A stretch of 64,000 nucleotides of DNA from Chrysomallon squamiferum (lineage: Eukaryota > Animalia > Mollusca), in contig CM022677.1 in NCBI GenBank assembly GCA_012295275.1, forward strand, positions 24,118,001 through 24,182,000. The letters are read 5' to 3'. This document shows positions 18,162 to 45,177 of this stretch, one piece after another; the stretch's first letter is position 1, and each line of letters begins with the position of its first letter. The translations under genes were made by a program, and so were the position numbers. The notes below the pieces were generated by a model. It did no database searches and had not been told where the DNA came from. It saw only the letters and a list, made by a program, of their open reading frames with translations.

Positions 18162-18357
18162 AACAGATAGACAAAGAGACAGGTGTTTTGGGAGAGACAC
18201 TCAGAATAGGTATATTAAAAAGTAATAATAAATAAAATAATAAAGCAAATTGAAAAGAAGAAAAGAGAAAAAAAGAACAGAAAAGGACAGAGTTAAAGTA
18301 AAGATACGAACCAGCCACTATTGCCGCTAGAATGAAAAACAGAACTGCAGTCTTCAT
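16820..18357 (-). CDS. Cys-rich secreted peptide gene copy 6 (intact, 77 aa)
   Basis: Exons 18357-18312, 17805-17691, 16892-16820: MKTAVLFFILAAIVAAEAKSFNNGCPPGTSTVYCLVDPCMTASPCTAHPEARCVSNYCGGCFRDWVLPYGTRIRGCD*. Confidence 0.9.
17806..18090 (-). repeat. 69-bp acceptor minisatellite of copy 6 (69 + 69 + 67 nt + diverged unit)
   Basis: Units start at 17806, 17875, 17944 and 18011. Confidence 0.9.
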
Positions 18358-18370
18358 CGTCAATGTTTAT

Positions 18371-18408
18371 AACTGACCTATCTGTTTGCTTTTTTGACTC
18401 TATATATA
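18371..18408 (-). promoter_or_regulatory. Core promoter of copy 6 (TATA + TCAGTT)
   Basis: Same arrangement as copy 1. Confidence 0.7.
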
Positions 18409-18815
18409 GGATGATCAGATAATTAGACGTCATCATTACTGATGATAAAGCCGGATCTACACCATCTGACTCGCAGAATTCATTTCAGCCTATAAATCCT
18501 GTTCATAAATATACGCAGATCGAATATATTTCTAAAAGCACGTTCACACTATGTGATTTGAGATAATTCTTGTTTTGAACAAAATACGTACACAACTCGA
18601 GTCCGTGCAGGGATAAGCACCAGTTTATCGTTCACTGAGATCAACGTTATAAACCTTTGTCCGTCACACTGTACATTAATAAACCACAGTTTAATGCACA
18701 CAGAGCATAATGAGTATATTAATGTAACTTACATATATAAATACATACACACACACACACAGACACAAACACACACACATATGAAACAGAAAGCGAGACT
18801 GACAGACAGACAGAC

Positions 18816-18879
<64 letters not shown>

Positions 18880-19530
18880 ATATTATATATATTATATATA
18901 TGACTGATAGTCGTTTGATCTATGTACAATTCTTAATAATTACCCTGCATATTTTAATATATACAGACACACAGACGTGCATAAAGGTATGTATATATAT
19001 TGTCATCATTTTGTTCATGAGTGTAGAAGCTTAATAATAAATATAATGACTGGTAAAAATTGCTATTTATTTTTATATATGTCCTGAAAATAATCTAAAA
19101 TATGAGATTTCACAGAAATGTTGCCATTATATTGTTTTGTAGTTACATGGTGTTTGAATATTTATTTCTTTGAAGCTATGCATATGCAAACTATGCAAAC
19201 ATTCATATTTCCATAGACACACAAACACACCGATAGACAAACATTTGGCAAAGTGATGCGGTGTAAGTTCAGTGATACGTGATAAACAGTTTTTAGTAAA
19301 TATGTTCAGTTTCACGCCATGAACATTTATTAATGGCTCACAGAGTTTATAATTGCACTTAATTCTTCATGGATTAACCTTTTATTTATTCTCGTTAAGC
19401 TGTTTCTTCACAAGGCGAGTTTTATGAACGATTAATTAGTCACTCTGCTAAAGGTTACAAAACTATAAAGAGAAACATATGAAAACTGAACAAATTATTC
19501 GTGACGATAGAGGTAGACGGAGCGAGAGAT

Positions 19531-19645
<115 letters not shown>

Positions 19646-20010
19646 GAGAAGGAAACTGGAATGGGCTTTGGCATTCTTCCAGCTAAGTTACAGTAATCAC
19701 AATTGTCTTATACATATTTGCAGTTACCTCCACTTAGTGTTGCGTTTGTATAACTGACTGTATGTGAACGAGAGACAGAAACATTTTCTAATGTGTAAAA
19801 GAGAGAGAGTGAAAGAAAACAGGTATATAAGACAGAACCAGAACAGAAAGTATAAGCGAAAGAAAGAAAGAACTGTGACGATACGTGTACATGTCCGTGC
19901 GTGTGCGTTTGAGAGTGACAGATGGTGTAAAAGAACACACGACTGAATTACTGACAGTGCATTTAGTGAGAAGAAAGTCAAGTACTTAACACATGTAACT
20001 TTCATTGCGT

Positions 20011-20179
<169 letters not shown>

Positions 20180-20906
20180 CCTCTCCCTCTCTCTCTCTCG
20201 CTCTCTCTATCCCTCCCTCCATTTATCACTCTCTCCCTCTTTCTCTTCGTATGCCTTTATATATATATATGTATGTACTTACCTATGATGTATCTATCTA
20301 TCTATCTGTCTGTCTGTCTGTCTGTATCTATCTATCTGTATATCTATCTGTCTATCTCTCTATCTCTCTCTATCTGTCTATATATCTATCTGTCTGTCTC
20401 TATATATCTCTCTATCTGTCTATCTCTCTGTCTCTCTATCTCTCTCTCTATCTATGTATCTATCTATCTATCTTTCTATATCTCTGTCTGTCTAGCTATC
20501 CATTTGTATAAGTACGTATGCACGAATCAAGGCACATAACTATGTACGTAAATACGTACGGACAGATGGGTTAAGGTACGTTAGTACACATGTACGTTGG
20601 TTACATTAATACACTCAATATGCACTGTGTGAATTAAAAGGGACTTATGACGTGCTGTGTGAAGGACAAATGTTTATTTCATTGATCTTAGTGAAGGATA
20701 CACACGTAGAAATACTTGCACAAACCGGAGTTGTCAATGAACGATGTGACGTTTGTCGCTGGTCTCGTAGAGATTAAAGGCGCGACCTGACGCGTCGACT
20801 TTTATGAACGTTTTTAGTTTGAAACAATACAAAGTTTCTAAAGTGTAGAACCAACTGAGAAGCAGGTCCAGAAAAAAAGAAAAAAAACGTTAACTGAGCT
20901 AAGAAC

Positions 20907-21055
<149 letters not shown>

Positions 21056-21448
21056 TAGAGAGGGATATGTGTATGAATGTGTGTGTTTGTATACGTCTGT
21101 GTGCGTGCGTGTGTATGCATATATGTATGTATATATATATATATAGATACACACACACATATATACACACATATATATATACATACATATACACACACAT
21201 ACACACAAACACATATTTTTGTTCGAAACAACAATTATTTCAAATCACATAGTGTGAAATACATTAGACTTGCGTTTTATTAATTAAAAAAGGATTTTCA
21301 TGCTGAAATGAATTACGCCAGTCAGGTGGTATTGATCCGGCTTTAGCATAAATAACGATAACGTCTAATTATCTTACTTCCCAATATATATATATATTAT
21401 ATATATAGCAAAAAGAACTAGAGAGTACATCACTTACATAAGTTGACA

Positions 21449-22794
<1,346 letters not shown>

Positions 22795-22891
22795 GTGTCT
22801 ATAAGTGAGTAATTAATACATGTAATGAATCTCAGAATTGTTTTGTTTTTTCTGATGTACAAAAAGTTCGAGTATCAGTCCTCTTTGGGTT

Positions 22892-22979
<88 letters not shown>

Positions 22980-24137
22980 GGACTCGGAAAAAAAGAAAAA
23001 TTACCAAGATATTTTCCACAAATGTTTAATTCTTAAAATATTTTCTAAATCCTTGTAACAGTCACTAGTTAAACACGTGAAAAACAAACAGAAATGTCAG
23101 AGAGCGAGATGGAAGTAATCTTTTCTTTTTTCAAACACACTCACGTATTTTTTTCGTTCTAAACCAGTCAAAATTTTTTTTTTTTTTTACAAAATAAATT
23201 TTAAAACCGATACTTTTTATTCTTCTCATTATATATATATTATCTTTATTCGGCATCTTCATGAATGTTAAAGAAATCATGACGAAGAAACGTTATTAAA
23301 AATAATATGTATAAACATTCGTGAAGACGCTGGATGAAGAATACGGGTGGCTATAGACGGTGGTTGGGGTGGGGAAAGAGGAGGGAGCTGTCTGGCTGTT
23401 TTTTTTGTATGAAAGTATTGCGTAGTGTTAGATTGGGCGATTTCGTGTTAAACCTGTGAATGGTAACAAAGATTAACATGGGAAACAGATGATGGTCGGA
23501 AACAGGTCATATGGTGTCAATTTTCCAGGTGATTTCGAACGCAACTCAATTCTGTCTTTTGTTTGGTGCAGCCGAGAAAGAGCCTTCGAGATATGCGTGT
23601 AGCCTGAGTAAAACTCGCCATTACCAAGCGTTATAAAATTACTAGTAAAATGAGAAGTTGTCATTGATAGCATGAAATTATAATGACGGTTGTAGGAACG
23701 AATACAATAACCAAAGAAACATTAAGAAGAAGAAGAAGAAGAAGAAAAACAACAACAACAATGATAGTGATGATAATGATTATGATGATGATGATTATGA
23801 AGATGATGATTATGATGATAATAATAATAATAATGATAATGATGATAATGTTAAAATAGTAATGATAATAATAATAATAAAATAATAATAATTAAAATAA
23901 TATAATAATAATAATAATAATGATAATAAAATAGTAATAATAAAATAGTAATAATTAAAACAGTGCCACTGTTTCTACGGGTACTATTGCTCTAATTACT
24001 ACTACTGTAACTACTATTATTACTACGACTTCTCTGTTACTCTTAGATGATTATTATTATTATTACTACAAAACAATTGTAGCAACGATAAAAGAAATGT
24101 CATTAATGTTAGTAAAACTAGTGGTAGTCGTAGCAGC

Positions 24138-24169
<32 letters not shown>

Positions 24170-24640
24170 CATTAGCAGTAGTAGTAGTAGTAGTAATAGT
24201 AGTAGTAGTAGCAGTAGTAGTAGTAGCAGTAGCAGTAGCAGTAGTAGCTGTTGTTGCGTTGCTGCTGATGTGGTAGAAGTATTGAGTAATAGGCATAATA
24301 GGAATTGTAATAGCAGTAGCAGTAGTAATGATACTAGTAATAGCAACAGTAGGTACAGAAGTAATGGTAGTAACAGTTGTTAGTGTTGTTGTTGTTGACG
24401 TGATGATAACAGCAGTAGCAGTGGAGTTTAATGTAACTACTACTTACAACAGTTTTTAATCTTGTTAATTCAGTAATATTTCCCATGGCAAGACCCGAAA
24501 CAACGTCATAGTATTATGACGTCATAGTAAAATTTACATAACACAGTGTGTTTTCTTTAAAGGAAATTTTTCTCTTCCTATATAAAAGTAATATTTATTT
24601 ATTTATTTATTTATTTATTGCGATTCTTTATCTTCTTCTT

Positions 24641-24745
<105 letters not shown>

Positions 24746-25191
24746 TATTTTATTACAGCTCTGGTTTCTAATTCTGTTTTAATTACTGTTCACGTTTTAC
24801 TGTTCTTGTCTATGTTGATTTTTCATGTTATTCCTTTATAAACTTTAGTTTTGCTTTTGTTTCATTTGTAGAAAGAAGTGCACTGTAGTCTATAACAGCT
24901 GCATTTATGTAAAAATGTTTGTAGCAGCATAACACGAAAAAACAAATGTCGTTGTCAGTTAATATATTTCAATTTGTGACTGTCTGACTTACTCATACCT
25001 ACATCTGTATCTATGTGTGTGTGTGAATGTATGCGTACATCATTTCTGTACGATTTGTATTCATTGTAATTTGCGTCGTGCGTGTGCGTTTGAGAGTGAT
25101 AGATGGTGTAAAGTACCACACGACTGAATTTCTGACAGTGTATTTAGCGACAAGAAAGTCAAGTACTTAACACATGTAAGTTTCATTGTGT

Positions 25192-25287
<96 letters not shown>

Positions 25288-25893
25288 CCGAATTATTTCT
25301 TCAATTATTATTCAATTTTCATGTTTATCTTTACAGTTTTTTGACATTTAGCAGAGGGACTAATTAATCGTTCCTAAAAATCGCTGTGTAAAGAAGCAGC
25401 TTTAGGTAGACGAGAATAAATAAAATTTAATCCATGAAGAATTAACTGCAATTATAAACTTTATGAGCCATTAATAAATGTTCATGGTGTGAAACTGAAC
25501 ATATTTACTAAAATCTGAATATCATGTATCACTGAACTTACAAACAAGACTTTAAACACCGCATCACTTTGTCAAATGTTTGTCTGTGTGTGGGTGTTTG
25601 TATGCATGGTGGGTATCTGTGCGTTTATGTATGTATTAAAGTATGCGTGTGCATATCCTAAAGCAAATAAATATTCAAATGCCATCGAATTGTGAAATAA
25701 TATTTTATTATTATACATTACTATTTTTTTTTTTTTTTTTGGTGAAATGTCATATTTAGATCATTTTTGGATGACGTACATAAAACACACACACACATCA
25801 TTGTATTTATTACACTTTTAAACTGATGAACAAAGTGATGAAACATAGATACACACAGACAGACGGACACACACAGATATATACTTAATATGA

Positions 25894-25991
<98 letters not shown>

Positions 25992-26057
25992 TTCTCTCTC
26001 GTTCTCAATCAATCAATCTATCTATCCTATCATATCTATCTATCTGTCTCTGAACAG

Positions 26058-34923
<8,866 letters not shown>

Positions 34924-35315
34924 TTAACTGCAGCGAGATCTTTGTAGTTAGCTGAGAAAGAAGGTAAGAAAAAAAAAAAAAAAAAAAAAATTAAAGAAGA
35001 AAAAGAAACAAAATTTATTAATAGGTTTATTACATCCTCATAATTTTTTTTAATTTATTTATTTTTTTTTTTTTTTTGTAATTAATATAATGATGTTGCA
35101 ACCTTTGTTGTTGATGTTGTTGTTATTATTATTATTATTATTATTCTTATTATTATTGTTATTATTATTGAAAATACATTTGAGAATCCAGAAAAAAGTA
35201 ATGACAGCTACTATTTGAATTACTAATTCTATTACTTCTTATTCATCTACTAATACTGCTCCGATTATCTGTTATCAAAAGGTAGTGATGATAATAGTAA
35301 TGATAATAATAATAA

Positions 35316-35346
<31 letters not shown>

Positions 35347-36190
35347 AAGAAGAAAAAGAATACGAAAAAGAAGAAGAAGAAGAAGAAATATTTATAGTAG
35401 TAGTAGTAATAGTAGAATGAGTAGTAGTAGTATTTGCAGTAATAGTAGTTGTAGTAGTAGTAGTAATAGAAGAAAGAGGAGAAGAAGAAGAAGAAGAAGA
35501 TGATGATGAATATAAATTTCACTTTGTATTCACAGACAAAAGACATAAGAAGAAAGGCAAGACAATGATACGGCATGGATTATCCTCATCTTGTGACGTC
35601 ACAAATGTATATAGCATCCAGAGGTAATGTATATGTACTGTAACATCAGTTACATGTATATAAGTACCAAATATCATGGAACAACCGATACATTGTTTCA
35701 TTTTTTCGTTGTGTGGATACTTTTTAACAGTACTTGGATGTACACAATGAAACTATGGAAGTTTCTCATACAAAATCGAATAATTATGAAGTTTTAACGA
35801 TCGATAACAAAAAGGCGAGTCATTTAATAATTCTAATAATTCTAATATATACATACACACTGGTGAAAAAATTGAATATAACATATACGTTTAATTGTAA
35901 TCAATTGTTAATTTTATGATAATAATGTGATATATATATATATATTATTTACATGGAATTGAGGATATCTAATTTATTCATTCTGTTTTTTGTGATTACT
36001 ATCTGCTGTGATTTTTCGTAATCAAATTTTCATGCGGAATTAAAAACGGAAGTATCACATTTTCTGACGTAAGCAGGAAAAAAGATCGTCGAAAGGATGA
36101 ATGAATGAAATAAATGAACGTGCTGATCAGAGCAAGCTGTTGTGAAGCACGTCTACGACGGGCACGCTTTCTGACAGGATTTACTGCGAA

Positions 36191-36516
36191 GGATTATATA
36201 CACTGTACCACAGTACGTGACGTAATGGATTAACGGAAACGTATTAGTGTTTATCGGATTAAAACCAATCAGTATGTTACAGTGGATTAACCAAAAGATT
36301 AATATTACAGATAATTACATCAGTATTATGATGTAATAATGGAAAGGAGTTTAAAAAAAAAAAAAAAAAAAATTTCTTATGGGATTAAAGGATACAAAAA
36401 CCTTGTAACGGATTAAGGATCGGTGTATAAGTGTATTCATGGATTAAAGATCAAAGGAGATATACATTCACGTGACGGATTAAGTGATGTTTATCAACAT
36501 TCGGTCAGACGGATTA
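36191..36516 (+). promoter_or_regulatory. Homotypic cluster of nine GGATTA (TAATCC) sites, candidate enhancer
   Basis: GGATTA at 36191, 36227, 36256, 36284, 36382, 36410, 36441, 36477 and 36511, all in the same orientation. Confidence 0.5.
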
Positions 36517-36675
36517 AAGGAATAATGACGTTACCGCTGAAAATAACTGGTAATTGATTAAACAATGTATAAATATGTTTTTTTCTTATTATTTTATTAT
36601 TATTATGATTATTATTATTATTATTATTATTAGTCTCTTGATTTGTTTACGTCTATATGTATAGTTGTCTTTACG

Positions 36676-36718
<43 letters not shown>

Positions 36719-37101
36719 CAAATATACTACAAATATTTTTTGCTGCAACAGAAATCGAATATCACCTTGAGAACATTTTAAGAGTTATTCCCCTTTAACT
36801 ACTTACTCTATTTCTACAGAACAAAAACGTATAGGTAGCTTTGTTCAAGGTGGAATAGGTGTTTATTGTATCAAATCAAAGTAAATAAACTAAACTGAAG
36901 TAAAATAAATGCAATGAAATTAAGTGAAATAAATAAAAGAAAACTGACGTCAAATAAAGTAAAGTGAGATAAAATAAAACAAAGTGAATCAAAATCATAC
37001 TTATCTGAAAATAGTTTGGAAACCTGATAGTATTAATATAAATAACGAACAATAGCCGTAACAACAACAACAACAACAACAATAATAATAATAATACAAT
37101 A

Positions 37102-37210
<109 letters not shown>

Positions 37211-37340
37211 AACACTCTCTATATGCTATCGTTTTTTGTGTTCACAAATGCTCGCTAAAAAAAAAAATAATGTCATCTACATTCTGAACCAAAAATCTTC
37301 GAAATATATATATATAATTATCTACTACATCAAAAAAAAA

Positions 37341-37407
<67 letters not shown>

Positions 37408-38811
37408 AATGAATTAATCTATTTATTTATTTATTTATTTTAAGTTAGTCACGTACATGTTTTCGTGTTCACGTATTATCAAGCATGTTAATCTCATTAT
37501 TTATCTTCACTGTTTGCTGAGATCTGTGCAGCAGTGGTTGAGTTTGTTCAAGGATTTACTTAAGTACAGAAAATCTTGCACAGAAATCCTGTAGGATTAC
37601 GATCTTGTCAAGATAAATTATTTTCTACTGTTTCCTATTTTTCATCAGTCGAGAGAGTAATAAAGTTATAGAGTTAAAAAAAAAATTAAAAATTCTTATT
37701 TTTCTTCTTCTTTTTCAATAAATTTGACACAAAAGAAAAGTAAAGAAAAAATATAAGTAAGTTATTCTTTCTCTCTTTCTTGTTGTATCTTTATCTCTTT
37801 GTTTGTTTGTCTCTCTGTCTGTGTTTCTCTCTCTCTCTTTCTTGTTTCCTTATTCTGTATCGCTCTTTCTGTCATTCTCTTTTTGTCTGTTTTCAGTTTG
37901 AACTTGTAAAAGCATATTTTCACATTCTAGCATTATCAACCGTCTTTCTTTCATTTTATTCTTTCTTTTTTTTTTTTCAAATGTCACAATAAACTTGACT
38001 CTCTCAGATATTATTCTTTTTTTTAAAGGTGAAATATTTATAACAAAAGTAAAAAAAAAAGTAATATAACAACAACAATAATAACAATAACGATAAATGT
38101 TCTGCACTTAGAAATCTGATATTAACAGTTAACTATTGTTATGTTTTTCATGCATATTTCAAAAATGCAAATCATTATTTTTTTTTATTATGCTTTCATT
38201 TTTTTTTTTTTTTTGTAATTAAATTTATTTTTTATTCGTCTTTGCGTATTCCTGCATTCTTTTCTGCCGTTATACGACCTTTGACCGCTCAGGTATTTTA
38301 CGCTTCAGTGATTTTCTATAACGTGCATGATGACTATAAATAATAATGGCGGTTCGTGTTGCCTAAACGTTATTTCACGTTGAGTAAATGGGGACAAAGC
38401 AAAAAAGCTATAAAGTCTGAGTTGGTTATTAATCTGCATTCTTCTTATGAATAGTTATGAAGATCAATAATAATAATAATAATAATATAATAAAAAAATA
38501 AAAAAAACGATATTCACATTGAACTGCATATAGGCGTAACGGTTCGTGTGTGTGTGTTTGTGTGTGATGCGTGGATATCTTTGTGCGTACATGTTTTTGT
38601 GTATTTGTGTGTGTGTCTGTGTTTTTATTTTGTTTATTGGCTTGTGTTTGTGTTTGTATGTGCGTGTGAGTGTATGAGTTTGTTTGTCTGTGCGCGCGTG
38701 TGTGTTTGTGAAAGAAGATGCATAAGAAAATGAACTGAGAGAAAAACTGAGATGTAAGCTAAAATGTCTGCAGGTAAGTATATACTTAGACAGACACACA
38801 GACAGACCGAC

Positions 38812-38888
<77 letters not shown>

Positions 38889-38985
38889 GAGAGAGAGAGA
38901 GAGAGATATCTAGATATATAGATAGATAGAAAATAAGAGCAAATTACAATATTAAAAAGTATATATATATATATAGATATAGATA

Positions 38986-39022
<37 letters not shown>

Positions 39023-39787
39023 TGCCGTTGCTGCTGTTTTTATCACAATTACAAAAAGTAAAATATAACAAAATATAATACGGGGGTAAAAAAAAATGTT
39101 CTCCATGACAACTCCACCCACCTTCTTAAGTGTCTGGAGTCGGCCACACCCTCTTGTTTATCACAGTGAAGAGATCCCATTTCAACTACCCTCCCCCTTA
39201 ATATCCGGGCAACCCCTGTTTTTATATCTCATAAACCATGTGTTAAAATGATTCAAACATTTTTTAAAATCATCATCTACACCAGAACACCCACTTTGAT
39301 ATTAATCTAAATTTAATGTTAAAAAGTCTTAGAAAAAAAAAAAAAAAAAAAAAAAAAAACGAAACGAAAATTAAAATAAAAATAAAGAATAAAGAAGAAA
39401 GAAACTATTATCTACGTATTATTAATACGACCGTAAATAAAAATCAAGAGTTAAAAAAGCAAGAGTAAGTATTATCTGTAATTTCTGTTTTGCAGTACGA
39501 TATTAATTCAAAATCATAAACGCTGGGAGGAAAAAAAAAAAAATACTATTATCTACATCTATTCTTCCACTGCGATATCAAACTCAAATCAGGCGTTAAG
39601 AAAGTAACAGTAGTATTATCTACACCGCTACTTTCCATTCGTTATTAACGTTATCAGCTTTGAAAGGAACGCGAGAGCGTGAAATATTTTCTACAATGGG
39701 AGAAAAAGAAACGATCACCGACGATGAAAACACGACGTCAATGCAGTCATTGTCGTTGTTGCCGTGGTGTTGTTATAAGAAGGATAA

Positions 39788-39818
<31 letters not shown>

Positions 39819-40443
39819 CTTCTGAAGCACTTTCTTTTTTTCTCTCTATTTTCACCCCCTTTTCTTTGGTTTTTGTGTGTTTGAATAATGCCTGAGAAAA
39901 AACTATGTAATGATATGCAGTACACTCCATACATTATTAACACGAATAGCTGTTTGTTGATAGCAATCACAAGAAAATATAGACGATCAAAATGTCATAT
40001 ATTCTAAGCGAAAATTCCTCGCTTCACTTATCAATGGCTTCTACTTCGATTCCCACGGTCGAACTATTTTGTTTCGCGCAATGACTCTGTTTACCAAACA
40101 CTCGCGACGTGTCGTAATTTATCGGAAATGGGCAGATTATTTCAAAAGGAGCAGACGTCAAGTTGAATGACGTTTTTTTTTTTATTTATTTATTTATTTA
40201 TTTTTATTTTTTTTTTTTTTGTAGACTGAACGACTTTTAACCGTTAATTTTCAGATATCACGTGATTGTGTTTGAAATTCGGTTTGAAAAAAACCGTGAC
40301 CTTATTACAAAAAGTATTTATATGACTTTTTTGTTTTTGTTTGTTCGTGTATAAAAGTTATGTTAATAACGTAAATTAAACAACAAAGATAACAGCACCA
40401 GAACGACAAACAACATTTACAACAAAAATAGAAATAATTATTA

Positions 40444-40624
<181 letters not shown>

Positions 40625-41333
40625 TACATTTGTTTTTGTGAAATATTACGACTTACTTCTTTGTAACAAACGTTAAAAATTCTTGGATTTTTCTTATAAA
40701 ATATTAATTGAAATAAATTGAAATTATATATATATAATTATATAATTATAACACATATATATAAATAAATAAATAAATAAATAAATAAAATAATAATAAT
40801 AATAATAACAATAACAATAACAATAACAATAACAATAATAATAAAACAAATTTAAATAATTTAAAAAAATAAGTTTTCGAAATAAAACTTATTTTAATTT
40901 CTTTCATAAAAATTTCAGTTCAAATCAACAGAGATATAATATATTTATAGACGAATATAATGCGACAAAAAAATGTATTAAATAATAATTGAAAACTATT
41001 CTATTCTGTTACACACCGTTGTGGTCTAAACACTACTAAATCTGCGGGTTGTCATATAAAATAAAATCTGTTGAGGATTGCGGTAATTTGATCCCGTTAC
41101 ACAGTCTTGAACCGAGGTCACTGACTTCCTGATCCAGTTTAAAATCTACCGTTAACCAGACACATACATTAATATTAAATACATCGTTGAATTTATATAT
41201 AATGTTTTATTTTTTTTTTTTTTAATTTTGGTTTTTAGTGGATCTATTGTCTGTCTGTTTGTTTGTCTGTATATATGTCTGACACTGTATTTATTTGTCT
41301 GTCTGTCTGATTCACTGTCTGTCTTCTTGCCTG

Positions 41334-41421
<88 letters not shown>

Positions 41422-41561
41422 TTTCAATTAGTAAAAATTCAATTAGTAAAATTTATTAATATATCATTTTTATTTTTAAACTAATTTAAGGTAATAAAAA
41501 AGCAACAAAAGCAACAACATTGATTCAAATAATGATGATGATAATATTGAATATAATCATC

Positions 41562-41610
<49 letters not shown>

Positions 41611-41831
41611 TAATAACAATAATATATATTAATCATTATTTCAAGAACTATTACCGAGACAATAACTTAAAATAAACTGAATTATAAATATTATAATTGC
41701 AGTGGATTGTTTTGCTAAGGAAAAACATTATTTAACTAAAAATATATTTTAAGGAACTAACAGCATATGAATGACGTATAAAAATAATAAATAAACGTAT
41801 GAATTAATACACATATAAATAAATAAATCAG

Positions 41832-41920
<89 letters not shown>

Positions 41921-42277
41921 ACAGACAGTCAAGTGCACGAGCTCATTTTAAAACTCTTGAACACAAATTAAAAAAGTGCAGATTTTGCAGAATTTACGAT
42001 CGCTGAGTAATTCAATCCACTAAGCCCTGGTTAAAAGTATCGTGCAGTCTTCTATCTATAAATACACTCATCTACATACGTAGACAACCTCGAGACAAAA
42101 TAACATAACGGTACATTGTATGGCGACATTAGAGTATCACAACTACATACTTATATACAATAACATATATACAACATGGCTATATATATACAACATAGGC
42201 AGGTGTGTAAATATAACACACACACATACACACGTATAAGAATGACGTAGATAACAAACATGTCAGATCTTGCTTAC

Positions 42278-42330
42278 CTGTTCGCCATGTCGTGCAGATG
42301 TGTCACACTGTTTTGTAGACTTATTTTCTT
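42278..42330 (-). other. Possible upstream 5'-UTR exon end of the large gene
   Basis: Strong donor CAG|GTAAGC at 42278 within a unique-sequence island. The acceptor at 34951 requires some upstream exon. The 5' boundary cannot be determined. Confidence 0.3.
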
Positions 42331-43451
42331 TTTTCTTTTTCTTCTTCTTCTTGTTCTTTTTTTCCTGAATTTTATTTCCGTTACTCACAGTTAAGCGTTA
42401 CGTTCCAGTTGTTTTTTACTACAGAATAGAACACATCACACAGAGGCGTGAGATAAACGAGGTAGCGATACAGGAGGGTAGCGATGTACGGGGGTGTGAT
42501 TTATGCACGTGTATTGTTTATATCAGAAACTAAGCTGAAGTCCTAGTGAGGAGTAGTAGAAAATCAGACTGGGGAGAAAACAAGTATTACAGTACTACTA
42601 CTATTACTAGTACTATTACTACTACTAATATTACTATTACTATTACTACTATTACTACAACCCTATTATTACCATTACTACTGTACTATTATTATTACTA
42701 TTTCTACTACTACTATTATTACTATTACTACTACTACTACTACTATTACTATTACTACTACTACTACTACTATTACTGTTACTACTACTACTATTACTGT
42801 TAGTACTATAGTACTAGTACTACTACTTACTACTACTATTACTAATACTACTATTACTACTGCTACTGCTACTGCTACTACTTGCTGCTATTATTACTAT
42901 TAATTATACTACTACTACTACTACTACTACTTCAATTGTTATACTGCCTATTGCTACTATTACAGTTAAAAATACTACTTTTACTTTTTTACATTACTGT
43001 TAATATTACTACTACAAATATTCCTACTACTACTACTGCTGCTGTTGTTTTGCTACTTTTACCTGTTATGTTACTACTGTTTGCAGTACAACAAGTAGTC
43101 TGGCTGTTCCTGTTATGTTACTACTACAATTATTATTATTATTAGCTGTATTATTATTGCTACTGTTGCTACTGTTGCTTCTGCTATTACTATAACTACT
43201 AATAGTAGTATTTCTATTATAAATACTATAATATTACTGATACTACTACTACTACTAATACTAATACAGTAATACTAATAGCAGTAGGAATAGCACTAGG
43301 ATTAGTAATGTAGATCAGCAGCGATATAGTAGCAGTATCAGCAATGGTAAAGGTAGATGTATTAATAGAAATAACAGCAGAATGTAGCTGAATAAATTGC
43401 GGTAACAACAACAACAACAACAATGACAACAACAACAACAACAAACAAAAA

Positions 43452-43494
<43 letters not shown>

Positions 43495-43634
43495 TAATAA
43501 AAAACAGTTATAATACTAAGAATAATAATAATGATAATGATAATAATAATGACAGTAAAAATGAAGAAGAATTATAAAAAAAATTGAAAAGATAAATATA
43601 ATTAACAAAAGATGAGAGAGAGAGAGAAAGAGGG

Positions 43635-43665
<31 letters not shown>

Positions 43666-43710
43666 GAGGGAGAAATAAATAAATAAATAGAGAGAAAGAA
43701 AGATAGATAG

Positions 43711-43741
<31 letters not shown>

Positions 43742-43940
43742 TAAATAAATAAATAAATAGATAGATAGATAGATAGATAGATAGGTGGGATAGATAGATA
43801 GAAATAAAGATAAATAGACAAAGGGAGGTAGGTTGGGACATAGATATATAGAAAAATAAATAGACAAACAGAATTATAGGTAGAGAGCTAGGTAGATAGA
43901 TACGTAGGTATGTAGGTAGCAGTTAGGTAGACACACACAT

Positions 43941-43978
<38 letters not shown>

Positions 43979-44654
43979 GTAAAAACTGACAGATAGAGAG
44001 AGAGAACTATTCAGAGAAAAAGAAAGCAGGAAAATGAGAGAGAGAAAAAAACAACAAAAAAAGCACGGACAAATTCACCTACTCACAGACACACAAACAG
44101 ACAGAGAGAGAGAGACAAACAGAGAACTATTTAACTATAAAAACTGAAGAAAGTGATAGGAAAAAAAACAAAAACAATGCAAATTTACCTACTGATCTGT
44201 AACATAACGGTCTGTACGCAGGCTCAGTCTAAACAGTGAGAAAGAGAGAGAGGAAAAAAAGTCATTCAAAAATCCGCGCCAATTTTGAAATCTGACACGT
44301 TTCGCTATTAACTGCTTAAGTGGTCAACAACAAATAACAGCGTCATTTGCATAAGGGCTACACAAGGGGTGCAAACAGGCTCGGGTGCAAAGGTAGAGTA
44401 TGGGCCTATTATCGAGGAATTTGAGTGGGTAGTGAAGGAGGGGGGGAGTTGCCGGTGACGTATTTTAATTGTTTTTGAGAGCCTCAGTAGAAAGGGGAGC
44501 GAGTACTACTCACTGCTAGGATGTTTAAAATATTACGTTTTATTACCAGGATGTGTTAATATCACAGTTATTATTATTATTAATATTGTTGTTGTTGTTA
44601 TTACTAGTATTATTATTGTTATTATTATATTATTATTAATATTATTATTATTAC

Positions 44655-44697
<43 letters not shown>

Positions 44698-44977
44698 TTT
44701 TATTATTATTATTATTATTATTATTGCTATTATTATTATAATTACTTTTATTATTCTTATTCTTCTTCTTCTTATTATTATTATTATTGCTATTATTATT
44801 ATAATTACTTTTATTCTTCTTCTTCTTCTTCTTCTTATTATTATTATTGCAATGTTATCTTAAATAATAGCAAAGTATGACAATAGAAATGTAAAATTTG
44901 AGAAATTTAACATGATAATAATTCTGATTAAATCTTATTGTAGAAAGGTGATAATTTAACGTGAGATAGAAAGAGTC

Positions 44978-45099
<122 letters not shown>

Positions 45100-45146
45100 A
45101 CTAGAAAGACATTACGATAAAGAATGACTGGAAACAACGATAACGC

Positions 45147-45177
<31 letters not shown>

